Positions 1 through 9,700 of a DNA stretch of 64,000 nucleotides are shown here, one piece after another. The notes below the pieces were generated by a model. That model saw only the letters and a list, made by a program, of their open reading frames with translations, had not been told where the DNA came from and did no database searches. This DNA comes from Omnitrophica bacterium GWA2_41_15 (GTDB lineage: Bacteria; Omnitrophota; Gorgyraeia; Gygaellales; UBA12090), in contig CAKKRH010000012.1 in assembly GCA_919902675.1 (NCBI GenBank), positions 16,178 through 80,177 on the forward strand, in the 5' to 3' direction. The position numbers and the translations under genes are program-made. How positions within the stretch are numbered: position 1 is the stretch's first letter; every line of letters begins with the position of its first letter.

Positions 1-1
1 C

Positions 2-118
2 GTGGAAGACGCGGTTGAGGTAGACAAGATGTTTACTATGCTGATGGGGGATGTGGTAGAGCCCCGCCGGGCCTTTATTGAAAGCTACGCCCACCAGGTG
101 AAAAATTTGGATGTATAA
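2..118 (+). CDS. gyrB: DNA gyrase subunit B, C-terminal end (5' part lies outside the window)
   Basis: Frame from nt 2 reads [38 protein letters not shown]-stop, the conserved GyrB C-terminus. It lies directly upstream of gyrA. Confidence 0.85.
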   Translation: MEDAVEVDKMFTMLMGDVVEPRRAFIESYAHQVKNLDV

Positions 119-128
119 TAAATAATTT

Positions 129-250
129 AAAAGGTAAAAGTCGAAATTCAAAAGTACAAGTCAAAAGCTAAAATTATTATCGGAAAAATATTTCTTTTAA
201 GAAAATTTTTAGCTCTTAATTTTGACTTTTGAGTTTTGACTTTTGAGTTT
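129..250. repeat. ORF-less imperfect inverted repeat built from ~7-nt tandem units (AAAAGTN word family) in the gyrB-gyrA spacer
   Basis: Left arm 129-175 reads AAAAGGT AAAAGTC GAAATTC AAAAGTA CAAGTC AAAAGCT AAAATT. Right arm 204-250 reads TTTTTAG CTCTTAA TTTTGAC TTTTGAG TTTTGAC TTTTGAG. The arms are largely reverse-complementary around a ~28-nt loop. Confidence 0.7.
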
Positions 251-253
251 ACA

Positions 254-2686
254 ATGTATACCCGTAACGAAAAAATAGTCCCGGTTTATATTGAGGACGA
301 GGTTAAGGACTCTTACCTTAATTACGCGATGAGCGTGATTGTGGGCCGGGCCCTGCCCGATGTCCGGGATGGGCTTAAGCCGGTGCATCGTCGGGTGCTC
401 TTTGCTATGCAGGATCTTAATTTAGAGCACAATAAACCTTATAAAAAAAGCGCCCGTATCGTGGGGGAGATTTTAGGTAAATACCACCCACACGGAGATG
501 TGGCGGTTTACGATACCTTGGTCCGGATGGCCCAGGATTTTTCCCTGCGCTATCCCTTGGTTGACGGCCAGGGAAATTTCGGATCGGTTGACGGGGACTC
601 CGCGGCCGCGATGCGCTACACCGAGGCCAGGTTGGAAGCCATTGCCGAGGAGATGCTGGCCGACATTGATAAAGATACGGTTAAGTTCGGGCCGAATTTT
701 GATACCTCCTTAAAGGAGCCTTTGCTTTTACCGGCCAAACTGCCTAACCTTTTGGTTAACGGTTCAAGCGGAATCGCCGTGGGCATGGCTACCAATATTC
801 CGCCGCACAATCTAAACGAGGTGGTTGAGGCCATAATCTATCTTCTGGAGCATCCCGAGGCTGAGGCCAAAGACCTGATGCGCTATGTCAAGGGGCCGGA
901 TTTTCCCACCGGAGGGGTAATCTGCGGCCGGGGCGGGATCAAAGACGCCTATAACACCGGGCGCGGCAAGCTTACTGTGCGGGCCAAGGCCGCGGTTGAG
1001 CACCTAAAGAGCGGTAAGGATATGATCGTAATTACCGAAATACCTTATCAGGTGCAAAAGGCCGGCTTGATTGAGGCAATCGCGGATTTGGTTGAGGATA
1101 AAAAGATTGAGGGGATTTCCGATATCCGCGATGAGTCGGATAAGGATGGAATGCGTATTGTGGTGGAGCTTAAGCGGGATGTAGAGCCCCAGATTGTCTT
1201 AAATCAGCTGTTTAAGCACACCCAATTAGAGACCACCTTCGGAATCATTATGCTGGCCTTAGTGGATAATCGGCCTAAGGTTTTGAATCTGCGCCAGATT
1301 CTTGGCCACTATATTGAACACCGCAAGGTAATTATCCGCCGCAGGACCCAGTTTGAATTAGATAAGGCCCTAAGAAGGGCGCATATCTTGGAAGGCCTTA
1401 AGATCGCCTTAAAGTTTATTGACCGGATAATTAAGGTAATCAAGACCTCTAAAAGCGTGGAGGCGGCCAAAGAGAACCTGATTAAAGAGTTTGAGCTTTC
1501 TGAAATCCAGGCCCAGGCGATTTTAGAGATGCAGTTACAGCGTCTGACCGCCCTGGAACAGGACAAGATTGACGCCGAATACAAAGAACTACTTAAAAAG
1601 ATTGAGCTTTGCCGCTCTATCCTGGCCTCGGAGAAAAAGATTGAGGCAATCATCAAAGAAGAGCTGGAAGACCTAAAGAAAAAATACGGCGACCAACGCC
1701 GAACCGAGATTGTGGGAGAGGTGGAAGAGTTTAATCTTGAGGACTTGATTGCCGATGAAGATGTGGTGGTAACTATCAGCCACGGCGGATACATCAAGCG
1801 CCTTCCGGTGTCTTCCTATCGCAAGCAAAAGCGCGGGGGCAAGGGGGCCTCGGGCGCCGAGGTAAAAGAAGAGGATTTCATTGAACATCTCTTTGTGGCT
1901 TCCACCAAGGATTATCTTTTGATTTTTACCGATAAGGGACAGGCGCATTGGCTTAAGGTTTATGAGATTCCCCAGGCCAGCCGTATTTCCAAAGGCAAGG
2001 CAATCATAAATTTATTACAGGTGAGTTCGGAAGGAAAAATAGCGGCAACCATACCGGTCCAGGAATTTTCCCCGGATAAATATTTAGTGATGGTTACCAG
2101 GCAGGGCCTGATTAAAAAGACCTGTTTAGACGCTTATAGCAATCCCCGCAAGGGTGGTATTATCGGCATAACCCTGGAAAAGGATGACGCGCTTATCGGC
2201 GTAGAAATGACTGACGGTAAACAGGAGCTTCTGATTGGAACCCGGGAGGGCAAGGCTGTCCGCTTCCCCGAGGCCCAGGCGCGGGATATGGGCCGGGCCG
2301 CTAAAGGCGTGCGGGGGATCAGGCTGTCTAAAAAGGACCAGGTTATCGCGATGATTATTGCCCAGGCAGAGGCCACTATCCTTACGGTTACCGAATTGGG
2401 TTTTGCCAAGCGCACCCTGTTTAAAGAATACCGCTTGACCCGCCGCGGGGGCAAAGGTATCATAAACATCAAAGTTACCGATAAAAACGGTTTTGCCATA
2501 GCCCTTAAAACTGTCCGCGATGAAGACGAGCTGATGGTAATTACCCAGACTGGAATGTTCTTAAGGTGCGCCATCAAAGATATCCGTCCTACCGGAAGGG
2601 CTGCTCAGGGCGTGCGCCTGATTAAGCTTGACGATAAAGACCGGGTTTCCTGCGTAGCCCCGGTAATCGCGGAGGAAACAGAGTAA
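254..2686 (+). CDS. gyrA: DNA gyrase subunit A
   Basis: N-terminus has [24 protein letters not shown] and the active-site region [10 protein letters not shown], and the length is right for GyrA. The track start at 236 is a TTG inside the repeat arm, so I prefer the ATG at 254. Confidence 0.97.
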   Translation: MYTRNEKIVPVYIEDEVKDSYLNYAMSVIVGRALPDVRDGLKPVHRRVLFAMQDLNLEHNKPYKKSARIVGEILGKYHPHGDVAVYDTLVRMAQDFSLRYPLVDGQGNFGSVDGDSAAAMRYTEARLEAIAEEMLADIDKDTVKFGPNFDTSLKEPLLLPAKLPNLLVNGSSGIAVGMATNIPPHNLNEVVEAIIYLLEHPEAEAKDLMRYVKGPDFPTGGVICGRGGIKDAYNTGRGKLTVRAKAAVEHLKSGKDMIVITEIPYQVQKAGLIEAIADLVEDKKIEGISDIRDESDKDGMRIVVELKRDVEPQIVLNQLFKHTQLETTFGIIMLALVDNRPKVLNLRQILGHYIEHRKVIIRRRTQFELDKALRRAHILEGLKIALKFIDRIIKVIKTSKSVEAAKENLIKEFELSEIQAQAILEMQLQRLTALEQDKIDAEYKELLKKIELCRSILASEKKIEAIIKEELEDLKKKYGDQRRTEIVGEVEEFNLEDLIADEDVVVTISHGGYIKRLPVSSYRKQKRGGKGASGAEVKEEDFIEHLFVASTKDYLLIFTDKGQAHWLKVYEIPQASRISKGKAIINLLQVSSEGKIAATIPVQEFSPDKYLVMVTRQGLIKKTCLDAYSNPRKGGIIGITLEKDDALIGVEMTDGKQELLIGTREGKAVRFPEAQARDMGRAAKGVRGIRLSKKDQVIAMIIAQAEATILTVTELGFAKRTLFKEYRLTRRGGKGIINIKVTDKNGFAIALKTVRDEDELMVITQTGMFLRCAIKDIRPTGRAAQGVRLIKLDDKDRVSCVAPVIAEETE

Positions 2687-2725
2687 AAAACCTGTTAACC
2701 TGCGAGGTTAGCAGAGGGTTTAAAA

Positions 2726-3178
2726 ATGAAAACTATTCATAGAAATTTGCCATTTCTTATTTTTCCTTTCTTGATAGTTACATTTCTCCAAAAGACGCCA
2801 GATAGTTTTGCAGCTTTGAATAATCTTCAGTATTTATATCAAACTTGGTTTCATTCTTATGAAGAACAAGAGAGCCGTACTGAATCCATCGAGACCTATC
2901 GTCCAGAGGGATTGAATGAATTTCCACCCAGTAGGTTCCGTAATAAATATATTTTTAAAGAAGACGGTTCTTGTCAATGGTTAGTCTTGCATCCAGCCGA
3001 TGCGCACTATCTAAAATCAGGAACATGGGAAGTCTCGCGAAACGAGACCCAAGTGATTTTAATCTATGATCAGCACCATAATTTGCAGAAATCATTTAAA
3101 ATTATAGAAATACAAAAGGACTTATTAAGAATAAAGTCAATAGTATTCTTGCCAGAAGAACGTCCTGAAAATAAATAG
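2726..3178 (+). CDS. Hypothetical secreted or membrane-anchored protein
   Basis: 150-aa ORF with a hydrophobic N-terminus (LPFLIFPFLIVTFL). It is visibly more AT-rich than its neighbours, and I recognise no family. Confidence 0.55.
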   Translation: MKTIHRNLPFLIFPFLIVTFLQKTPDSFAALNNLQYLYQTWFHSYEEQESRTESIETYRPEGLNEFPPSRFRNKYIFKEDGSCQWLVLHPADAHYLKSGTWEVSRNETQVILIYDQHHNLQKSFKIIEIQKDLLRIKSIVFLPEERPENK

Positions 3179-3251
3179 ACCCCATCGTCTAGCCTGGTTA
3201 GGACAAGAGCTTTTCAAGCTCTCGACACGGGTTCAAATCCCGTTGGGGTCA
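3178..3251 (+). tRNA. tRNA-Glu (anticodon UUC)
   Basis: Manual cloverleaf: acceptor GACCCCA/TGGGGTC, anticodon stem AGAGC/GCTCT with loop TTTTCAA, T-arm ACGGG TTCAAAT CCCGT. Length 74 nt, no encoded CCA. Confidence 0.9.
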
Positions 3252-3262
3252 CTTTATAATTA

Positions 3263-3294
3263 GCTATCGGCTTTCAGCCGATAGCCGATAGCGG
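3263..3294. repeat. Hairpin plus heptamer repeat (GCCGATA family) between tRNA-Glu and glmS
   Basis: GCTATCGGC (3263-3271) pairs perfectly with GCCGATAGC (3277-3285) across a 5-nt loop. GCCGATA is then repeated in tandem (3277-3290). Confidence 0.6.
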
Positions 3295-3304
3295 AAAGCT
3301 ATAT

Positions 3305-5140
3305 ATGTGCGGAATAGTCGGTTACATCGGAAACAGATCAGCCCAAGATGTCCTTCTGGGAGGACTTAAGCGCCTGGAATACCGAGGGTATGATTCCAGC
3401 GGTATCAGCGTAATTAATTCCGATAACAGTAAAATCTCTACCCAGAAATCCCCGGGTAAGATTGTTCTTCTGGAGGGCCTTTTAAAGAAAAAGCCTCTTA
3501 GCGGAAACGTTGGCATCGCCCATAGCCGCTGGGCCACCCACGGCGCGCCCAACCATATCAACGCCCATCCCCACGCCGACTGCAAAAAAGAAATAACCAT
3601 AGTCCATAACGGAATCATTGAAAATTACGAATCCTTAAAAACCGGCCTGATCAAAGAAGGACACCATTTCTTAAGCCAGACGGATACTGAAGCCATTGTT
3701 CACCTTATAGAAAAATTCTATAAAAACGGCGCTTCTTTGGAAGAGGCCGTGCGTAAAAGCCTAAGGCTTTTAGCCGGTTCGTTTGCCATCGGGGTTATTT
3801 CGGCCCGCGAACCGGATAAGCTCATCGGAGCGCGCTTAGGCAGCCCTTTGATAATAGGCGTTGGTAAGGATGAGAATTTTCTGGCCTCGGATGTGCCGGC
3901 AGTGTTGGGGTCTACCAAAGAGGTAGTTTTCCTGGAAGAAAACGAGATGGCGGTATTGAGTAAGGATGGCGTAAGGATCAGCAATTTAGACGGCAAGGAA
4001 GTTTCCCGGAAACCGGTGCATATCAGCTGGGATATCGCCCAGGCTCAAAAGCAGGGATATAAGCATTTTATGCTTAAAGAAATCAACGAACAACCCAGGA
4101 TTGCGGAGGATCTGCTTAAACTGCGGATAAAAGACAAAAGGGTAATTTTTGACGAACAAAAGATCCCGGAAGCCAAATTAAAAGCGGTCAAAAACATTTT
4201 TATTGTTGCCTGCGGCACCGCGTATCACGCCGGCATGGTAGGAAAATATATTATAGAATCCATATGTTCTATTCCGGTAAGCGTGGATGTCTCCAGCGAA
4301 TTTCGTTATCGCAATCTCCTGTTAAATAAGGATACCCTGGTAATCGCGGTAAGCCAGTCCGGGGAGACCGCCGATACCCTGGCCGGAATTAAAGAGGCCA
4401 AGAAATACGGGGTACAGGTGCTTTCTATCTGCAACGTCTTAGGCTCAAGCCTTACCCGGGAGTCCGACGGTGTTATCTATACCCACGCCGGCCCGGAGAT
4501 GGGAGTGGCCTCCACCAAGGCCTATACCGCCCAGCTAATGGCTTTTTATTTCCTAGCCTTTTATCTGGCTGAATTAAAAGGGGTTATGCCGCGGGAAAAA
4601 ATAGCTCAGGCCTTGTCAGAGCTAAAAAAGATTCCCTATCAGCAAAAGGATATTTTAAAAGGCCAGGCCGCGATTGCCATCCTGGCCAGGCGCCATTCCC
4701 ATCTGGGGTCATTTTTATACCTGGGAAGGAATGTGAATTTCCCTTCGGCCCTGGAAGGAGCCTTAAAACTGAAAGAGATTTCTTATATCCCGGCCGAAGG
4801 CTATGCCGCCGGCGAGATGAAGCACGGCCCGATTGCCTTGATTGACGAATATCGGGCGGTGGTCTGTATTTGTCCGCAGTCGCACGTCTACGAAAAAATG
4901 GTTTCCAATCTTCAGGAAATCCGGGCCCGGCGCGGTAAAATCATCGCTATTGCCAGCGCGGGTGATAAAAAAATCAAAGAACAAGTCAAAGAGATAATCT
5001 ATATCCCGCTATGTTCGGAGATTTTTTCTCCGCTCCTGGTAGTCCTGCCCCTGCAACTTATTGCCTACCATATCGCGGTCAAAAGAGGCTGTGATGTGGA
5101 CCAACCCCGTAACCTGGCCAAGAGCGTCACGGTAGAGTAA
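3305..5140 (+). CDS. glmS: Glutamine--fructose-6-phosphate aminotransferase
   Basis: Starts MCGIVGYIG (N-terminal Cys nucleophile). It has two SIS-domain regions and the canonical C-terminus DQPRNLAKSVTVE. Length 611 aa. Confidence 0.97.
   Translation: MCGIVGYIGNRSAQDVLLGGLKRLEYRGYDSSGISVINSDNSKISTQKSPGKIVLLEGLLKKKPLSGNVGIAHSRWATHGAPNHINAHPHADCKKEITIVHNGIIENYESLKTGLIKEGHHFLSQTDTEAIVHLIEKFYKNGASLEEAVRKSLRLLAGSFAIGVISAREPDKLIGARLGSPLIIGVGKDENFLASDVPAVLGSTKEVVFLEENEMAVLSKDGVRISNLDGKEVSRKPVHISWDIAQAQKQGYKHFMLKEINEQPRIAEDLLKLRIKDKRVIFDEQKIPEAKLKAVKNIFIVACGTAYHAGMVGKYIIESICSIPVSVDVSSEFRYRNLLLNKDTLVIAVSQSGETADTLAGIKEAKKYGVQVLSICNVLGSSLTRESDGVIYTHAGPEMGVASTKAYTAQLMAFYFLAFYLAELKGVMPREKIAQALSELKKIPYQQKDILKGQAAIAILARRHSHLGSFLYLGRNVNFPSALEGALKLKEISYIPAEGYAAGEMKHGPIALIDEYRAVVCICPQSHVYEKMVSNLQEIRARRGKIIAIASAGDKKIKEQVKEIIYIPLCSEIFSPLLVVLPLQLIAYHIAVKRGCDVDQPRNLAKSVTVE
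5101..5140 (+). repeat. Direct repeat copy 1 (the functional glmS 3' end)
   Basis: CCAACCCCGTAACCTGGCCAAGAGCGTCACGGTAGAGTAA recurs at 6557-6596 with 3 substitutions. Confidence 0.9.
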
Positions 5141-5153
5141 GCCAAAATAAATA

Positions 5154-5210
5154 TTGACAAACTGTATCGGACAATATATGCTATTATTGTCCGATATGTC
5201 AGACAATAAT
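5154..5210 (+). promoter_or_regulatory. Putative sigma70-type promoter with an overlapping operator-like palindrome
   Basis: TTGACA (5154-5159), 17-nt spacer, TATGCT (5177-5182). The inverted repeat TCGGACAATA (5167-5176) / TATTGTCCGA (5185-5194) straddles the -10 element. A third partial copy GTCAGACAATA follows. Confidence 0.45.
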
Positions 5211-5223
5211 AAAAGGGCTGGTT

Positions 5224-6546
5224 ATGGAAAAAAGTGAAATAATAGAGAGCCTTTTGGCCTGGAATTTTTGGCAAAAAGGCCTTGATACCGGGATAAGCCG
5301 CGGGCCGTATTTAGAACAAATCCGCCGTTATTTAAAGACTGATGAGGTTGTTGCTCTTTCTGGGATCCGGCGCTGCGGAAAGAGCACCATTCTCCTGCAA
5401 GTCCTGTCCGAGCTGATAAATAACGGCCTGCCGAAGCAAAATACCCTATACATCAATTTTGAGGACCCCAAATTTTTCAATTTTTTAGGGCTGGATTTGT
5501 TGGATAAGATATGGCGGGCTTATCAGGAATATCTGAAGCCGCGGGGCAAGGTATATCTGGTGCTGGATGAGGTGCAGAAGGTAAAGGGATGGGAGCATTG
5601 GGTCAGGGCCAAATACGACCAGAAGGAAAGCGTTAAAATCTTTGTTACCGGCTCAAATGCCGAATTGCTCTCCGCGGAGTTTTCCAGCGTCCTCACCGGC
5701 AGGCATTTAGAGCTGGCGGTGGCGCCTTTAAATTTCAGGGAATACCTGGGGTTTAGAGGGGTGAAGATAGAGAACAATAAGCTTTGGATGGTAGAAAGCC
5801 GAGATCTTCTTTATGGTCACGCCCTGGAGTATCTGCGGATCGGCGGCTTTCCCAAGATAGTCCTCACCGGGGATGAATTACTGCGTAAGGAATTGCTCGA
5901 GCAGTATTTTAACGATATTCTGACCAAGGATATCCGGGACAGGTATAAACTGAAAGAGGCGGGTAAATTAAAGAACCTGGCCTTGTTTTTTGCCGCCAAT
6001 TTCACCCGGCCCTATACCTTCCGTAAGGTCAAGTCCTTGTCCGAAATTCCCTTATCCCTGGATACTGTCCACCGTTTTTCCCATTACTTGGAAAATTCTT
6101 TCATTGTGGATTTTTTAAGCCGCTTTTCCTATTCGCTTAAGAACCGGATGCAGACCGCCCGCAAGGTTTACTTTGTGGATAACGGCCTGCGCAATGCGGT
6201 GGCCTTTAAATTCTCTTCGGATACGGGTAAACTTCTAGAAAACGCCGTTTTTCATCATTTAAAGCAGCAAAAAAAGGAAATTTATTATTACCAGGAAAAG
6301 CAAGAGGTGGATTTTGTTATTAAAGAAGGTTTGAAAATTACCGGACTTATCAATGTGTCAAACAATATTGAGGACAAAGAGACATATTTAAGGGAAACTG
6401 CCTCCTTAAAAGAGGGAATGAGATATTTTAAGCGGAAAGATGCAACGCTAATCACCCTTGAAGGCAAGGCCAAAACCATTAGCGACGAAGGCTTTACTAT
6501 CCTAACAGTTCCTTTTTATCAATGGGCGATAGCAGATTTGCCTTAA
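5224..6546 (+). CDS. AAA+ ATPase with C-terminal DUF4143-type domain (COG1373-like)
   Basis: Walker A GIRRCGKST, Walker B LVLDEVQKV, then VTGSNAELL. Overall layout is typical of AAA_14 + DUF4143 proteins. 440 aa. Confidence 0.8.
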   Translation: MEKSEIIESLLAWNFWQKGLDTGISRGPYLEQIRRYLKTDEVVALSGIRRCGKSTILLQVLSELINNGLPKQNTLYINFEDPKFFNFLGLDLLDKIWRAYQEYLKPRGKVYLVLDEVQKVKGWEHWVRAKYDQKESVKIFVTGSNAELLSAEFSSVLTGRHLELAVAPLNFREYLGFRGVKIENNKLWMVESRDLLYGHALEYLRIGGFPKIVLTGDELLRKELLEQYFNDILTKDIRDRYKLKEAGKLKNLALFFAANFTRPYTFRKVKSLSEIPLSLDTVHRFSHYLENSFIVDFLSRFSYSLKNRMQTARKVYFVDNGLRNAVAFKFSSDTGKLLENAVFHHLKQQKKEIYYYQEKQEVDFVIKEGLKITGLINVSNNIEDKETYLRETASLKEGMRYFKRKDATLITLEGKAKTISDEGFTILTVPFYQWAIADLP

Positions 6547-6556
6547 TACCTCAACT

Positions 6557-6596
6557 CCAACCCCGCAACCTGGCCAAGAGCGTCACGGTAGAATAG
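6557..6596 (+). repeat. Direct repeat copy 2 (orphan glmS 3' end relic)
   Basis: CCAACCCCGCAACCTGGCCAAGAGCGTCACGGTAGAATAG still encodes QPRNLAKSVTVE-stop. It differs from copy 1 only by CGT>CGC, GAG>GAA and TAA>TAG. Confidence 0.9.
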
Positions 6597-6621
6597 TTTT
6601 TCCCCTGACATAAAGATTGTC

Positions 6622-6690
6622 AATCCCGCCTGCCTAGCGGCCCTCGGCTTCGCCGAGAGGCGAGCAAGGCCGCTGGCTTTCGCGGGAATT
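6622..6690. other. GC-rich nested palindrome (three stacked helices), function unknown
   Basis: CCCGC (6625-6629) pairs with GCGGG (6682-6686). AGCGGCC (6636-6642) pairs with GGCCGCT (6668-6674). CTCGGC (6643-6648) pairs with GCCGAG (6652-6657). No T-tract follows. Confidence 0.4.
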
Positions 6691-6768
6691 CAGCAAAAAA
6701 CGATTTATAAGCCACCCAAGAAAGCGCTTTCCCAAAACCCCTGATTTAGCCTTGTTTTTACCTCTTCC

Positions 6769-9700
6769 ATGTGGTTTACTTTAAGTATGCCCCATAGGTG
6801 TAATAAGCTCATTTCCTTCACCTTATGTCTTTTGCTTCTTCTGGAACAAACCGGTTTGGCCCAGACCGTCAGCCTTAACCTGTCTAACTATCTTAGCCAG
6901 GCCCCTAAGCCGGCAGTTTCGGACACCTTCCGCCCGTTACACCTGCGCTATATCTCTTATGACAATTCTAGCCAAAACTTTCAGCTTCTCTTAGACAAGG
7001 GAAGCGCTAAAAATCCGGAAAACAGCGTAGTTAATGATACCACCAAAGAACTGCTCAAGTATTTCTTTATCGGTCTAACCCTGCCTAATGAGAAATTCTG
7101 GGTCAACCTCAGGCCGGACTCGCCCGATGACATCTTGGACCCGGACTTGGAGAAGACCGACATCGGCCGGATATTCCTAGAGGCCGATGTCCAGCTTAAA
7201 AAAGATACTTCCGGGATGACCTCGCCCCAGACCCCGGAAGGCAAGCAATATTGGGATAAGCTGTATAAAAAGGCCGGAGAACTTTTCGGCAGTGAAAACA
7301 TCACCATTCCCACCTTAACCCGGCCTTGGATAGTCCCGGATGAGGTGATCATCCGGGAATCCCCGGAAGGGGCCTATATCTATAAGGCAACGCTGAAGGT
7401 GATGCTGGAGGAGGATTATCTCGAGGGATATCAGCCTTCAGCTGTCAGCTCTCAGCAATCCAAGCCAAACTACCAACTTCTAACTTCTAACTACACCTTC
7501 TCTGACCCCAGGCTTAAAGAGCTCAACGAATATTCCACCCAATTAATTAAAGAAACCATTATCCCCAAGCTCACCCGCCAGATAAATACCTCTAAACGCT
7601 ATGCCCCACTAAGACAAGTTTACTATTCCCTCATCCTGGCCCAATGGTTTAAACAGAAATACGGTCGCCAGTCTGCGGTCTCCGGCCTCCAGTCAGCAGA
7701 ACAAAATAATCCCTATGTCAAACTCATAGATTCCGGCAGCCTAACTTCAAACTTCCAACCTCTAACTTCCCAGAACCCTTATTCTAAAGAGATTTACTTC
7801 CAGCAATATCAGAAGTCCTTCAAAGACGGTGAATACAACCTCCAGGAGCCGGTATATACGCCTATGGGGCAGAGTATCAGGCGGTATATGAGCGGGGGGA
7901 TGCAAATGGATTGCTTTCCTGCGATTAAGGCAGGAAAAATTTCCGGGGCAGGCTCGCCTGTAGATGGCCTGCGGCCAATTATTAAGAAATACTGCCTGTT
8001 GATAGGTTTACCCTTTGCAATGTTTTTATCCGCAGAACCTTCTGTAAATGCAATAACCCTTAATAATAATGGGTTAAGGCTTGAAGCGGTTGTTGAGAGC
8101 GAAGAATCATTGGAAGAGGTGGTAAGGGTGGCATGTAAAAGATTAGGTCTCAATATCGAAGATGGGGACATCAAGGGATATGTAGCTATTCTTCATAATC
8201 AATACCCCGCGGAAGTTAAAAGAGGTGATAGCATAAATATAAAAGAATTGGTTGAAAAAATGATTGTAGAAGATATTTTGAAAAAATGCGAAGTTGTTTC
8301 GAAGCAATTAATAGAAGTCGACAATATAAAGTATAAGGTCTATTTTGTTAAATCAGGCAAGGATATCAAATATTTTTCTTCAACAAAAGGGGCTTCCATC
8401 GGTGACACCATTTTTATTAATTTGGAGATTTTGAAACGGGATGTTAAGTCCGCATTGGAGGATAGGGTAAGGAATTTTATACCTCCTGGGACAACAGAAG
8501 CCGAGTTATTCAATGATACGCTCAAAGCAACGCTTATACATGAATTGATGCATATATTATTATCTAAGTGGTTGAAGGAAGGATTGAAAACATCGCATTT
8601 GGATGAGGTGCTGAGTGATTGGTTTGGAGAAGTTCCATCGGCAAAGAGTTATATGATGAAACAAGAATTAATAGCTCATCTTGCGCAAACCTTAAGCAGC
8701 CTTTATCCGAAGAGTTATTTAGCCAGCTTCATGGCGGGCTTGATTAGCAATGACCATCCGGAATGGTACATCAATATTTTTGCGCTGATTATTGATGAAG
8801 TGCTTAATCCGGGAGCGGATGGCGATCCAGTAAAAAGGTTAGAAAGGTTATCCAATGTTGAAATTATGGGTACGGTTAGGGGGATGTTAGAGAAATACTT
8901 TAGGAAAGATATAATCAAAATACTTTTAGAGCTTCAGAAAGCGGTTGATGGATTACTTTCTGCCGAGAAAAAGCCAAACAATATTGGAAACGGCGATGCG
9001 ATTCATAGCATCCCTACCGAGAAAGCGGAGTCTCCTATAATCCCGGATTCTTCCGGCAGTCCGGCTACGGAAAAAATAAAGGAGTACATTCCTCCTGGCT
9101 CCTCTTCTCCTATGGAGCCCCCTTCCGCCAGCTTGAAGCCTGTGGATGAAGAAATGCAGCGATACATTGATAAGATGGCAGAAGTAATTTTTAATCCGCA
9201 AACAAATAAGTTTGTTGATAGTCTGCCTATTGAAGATTTGTCGCTAGGGATAACTATAGAAAAACTTACCGGAGGAAACAGGGGGAAACCCGTCTATAAA
9301 CTATCCACAGGAAGTGAAAGCGTGGTGGTAAAGTTTTTTCCTCCAAAATTGCCGGACATAGAAAGTGATTTTGATATTGAGCGTATAGGGTTAGAGAGGG
9401 GAAAAGGACTTCCAGGGTTTCAGCAGCTCAGAGCCAGCAAAAAATATCCGGATTTGAATGTAAGTTATATTTTAACTGAGTTTATTCCCGGGAAAAGTTT
9501 TTCCGCCGGGAAGTGGGACTTTTGGGAATATCAGAAAAAACAGAGCGAATATATTAAAAAATTAACCCCGGAAATTGAAATAATGCCCTTAGAGCACTGG
9601 AAGCAATTAGTTTTAATATATTTACGGGCCGATGAAAACGAAATTACGCTGGATGTTAGTCCGGAGAATTTTAAATATCACCCCGAGAGAGGGTTTATGG

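Noticed and set aside
236-253. Track start of gyrA at 236 (TTG), adding MTFEFT.
   Set aside because: These codons lie within the repeat arm. The ATG at 254 gives a conventional GyrA N-terminus.
1309-1797. 162-aa minus-strand ORF inside gyrA, and similar ORFs at 616-834, 812-1003, 1673-1948 and 2134-2577.
   Set aside because: They lie antisense within a confidently identified, motif-rich gene. They have low-complexity Ser/Ile-rich translations and no start context. They are typical shadow ORFs.
2687-2725. Small hairpin TAACCT-GCG-AGGTTA after gyrA, considered as a terminator.
   Set aside because: The stem is short, the loop is only 3 nt, and no T-tract follows. It is too weak to call.
3252-3304. 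Possible glmS ribozyme upstream of glmS.
   Set aside because: Only ~53 nt separate tRNA-Glu from the glmS start. That is far too short for the glmS ribozyme (RF00234), and the sequence is a simple repeat hairpin.
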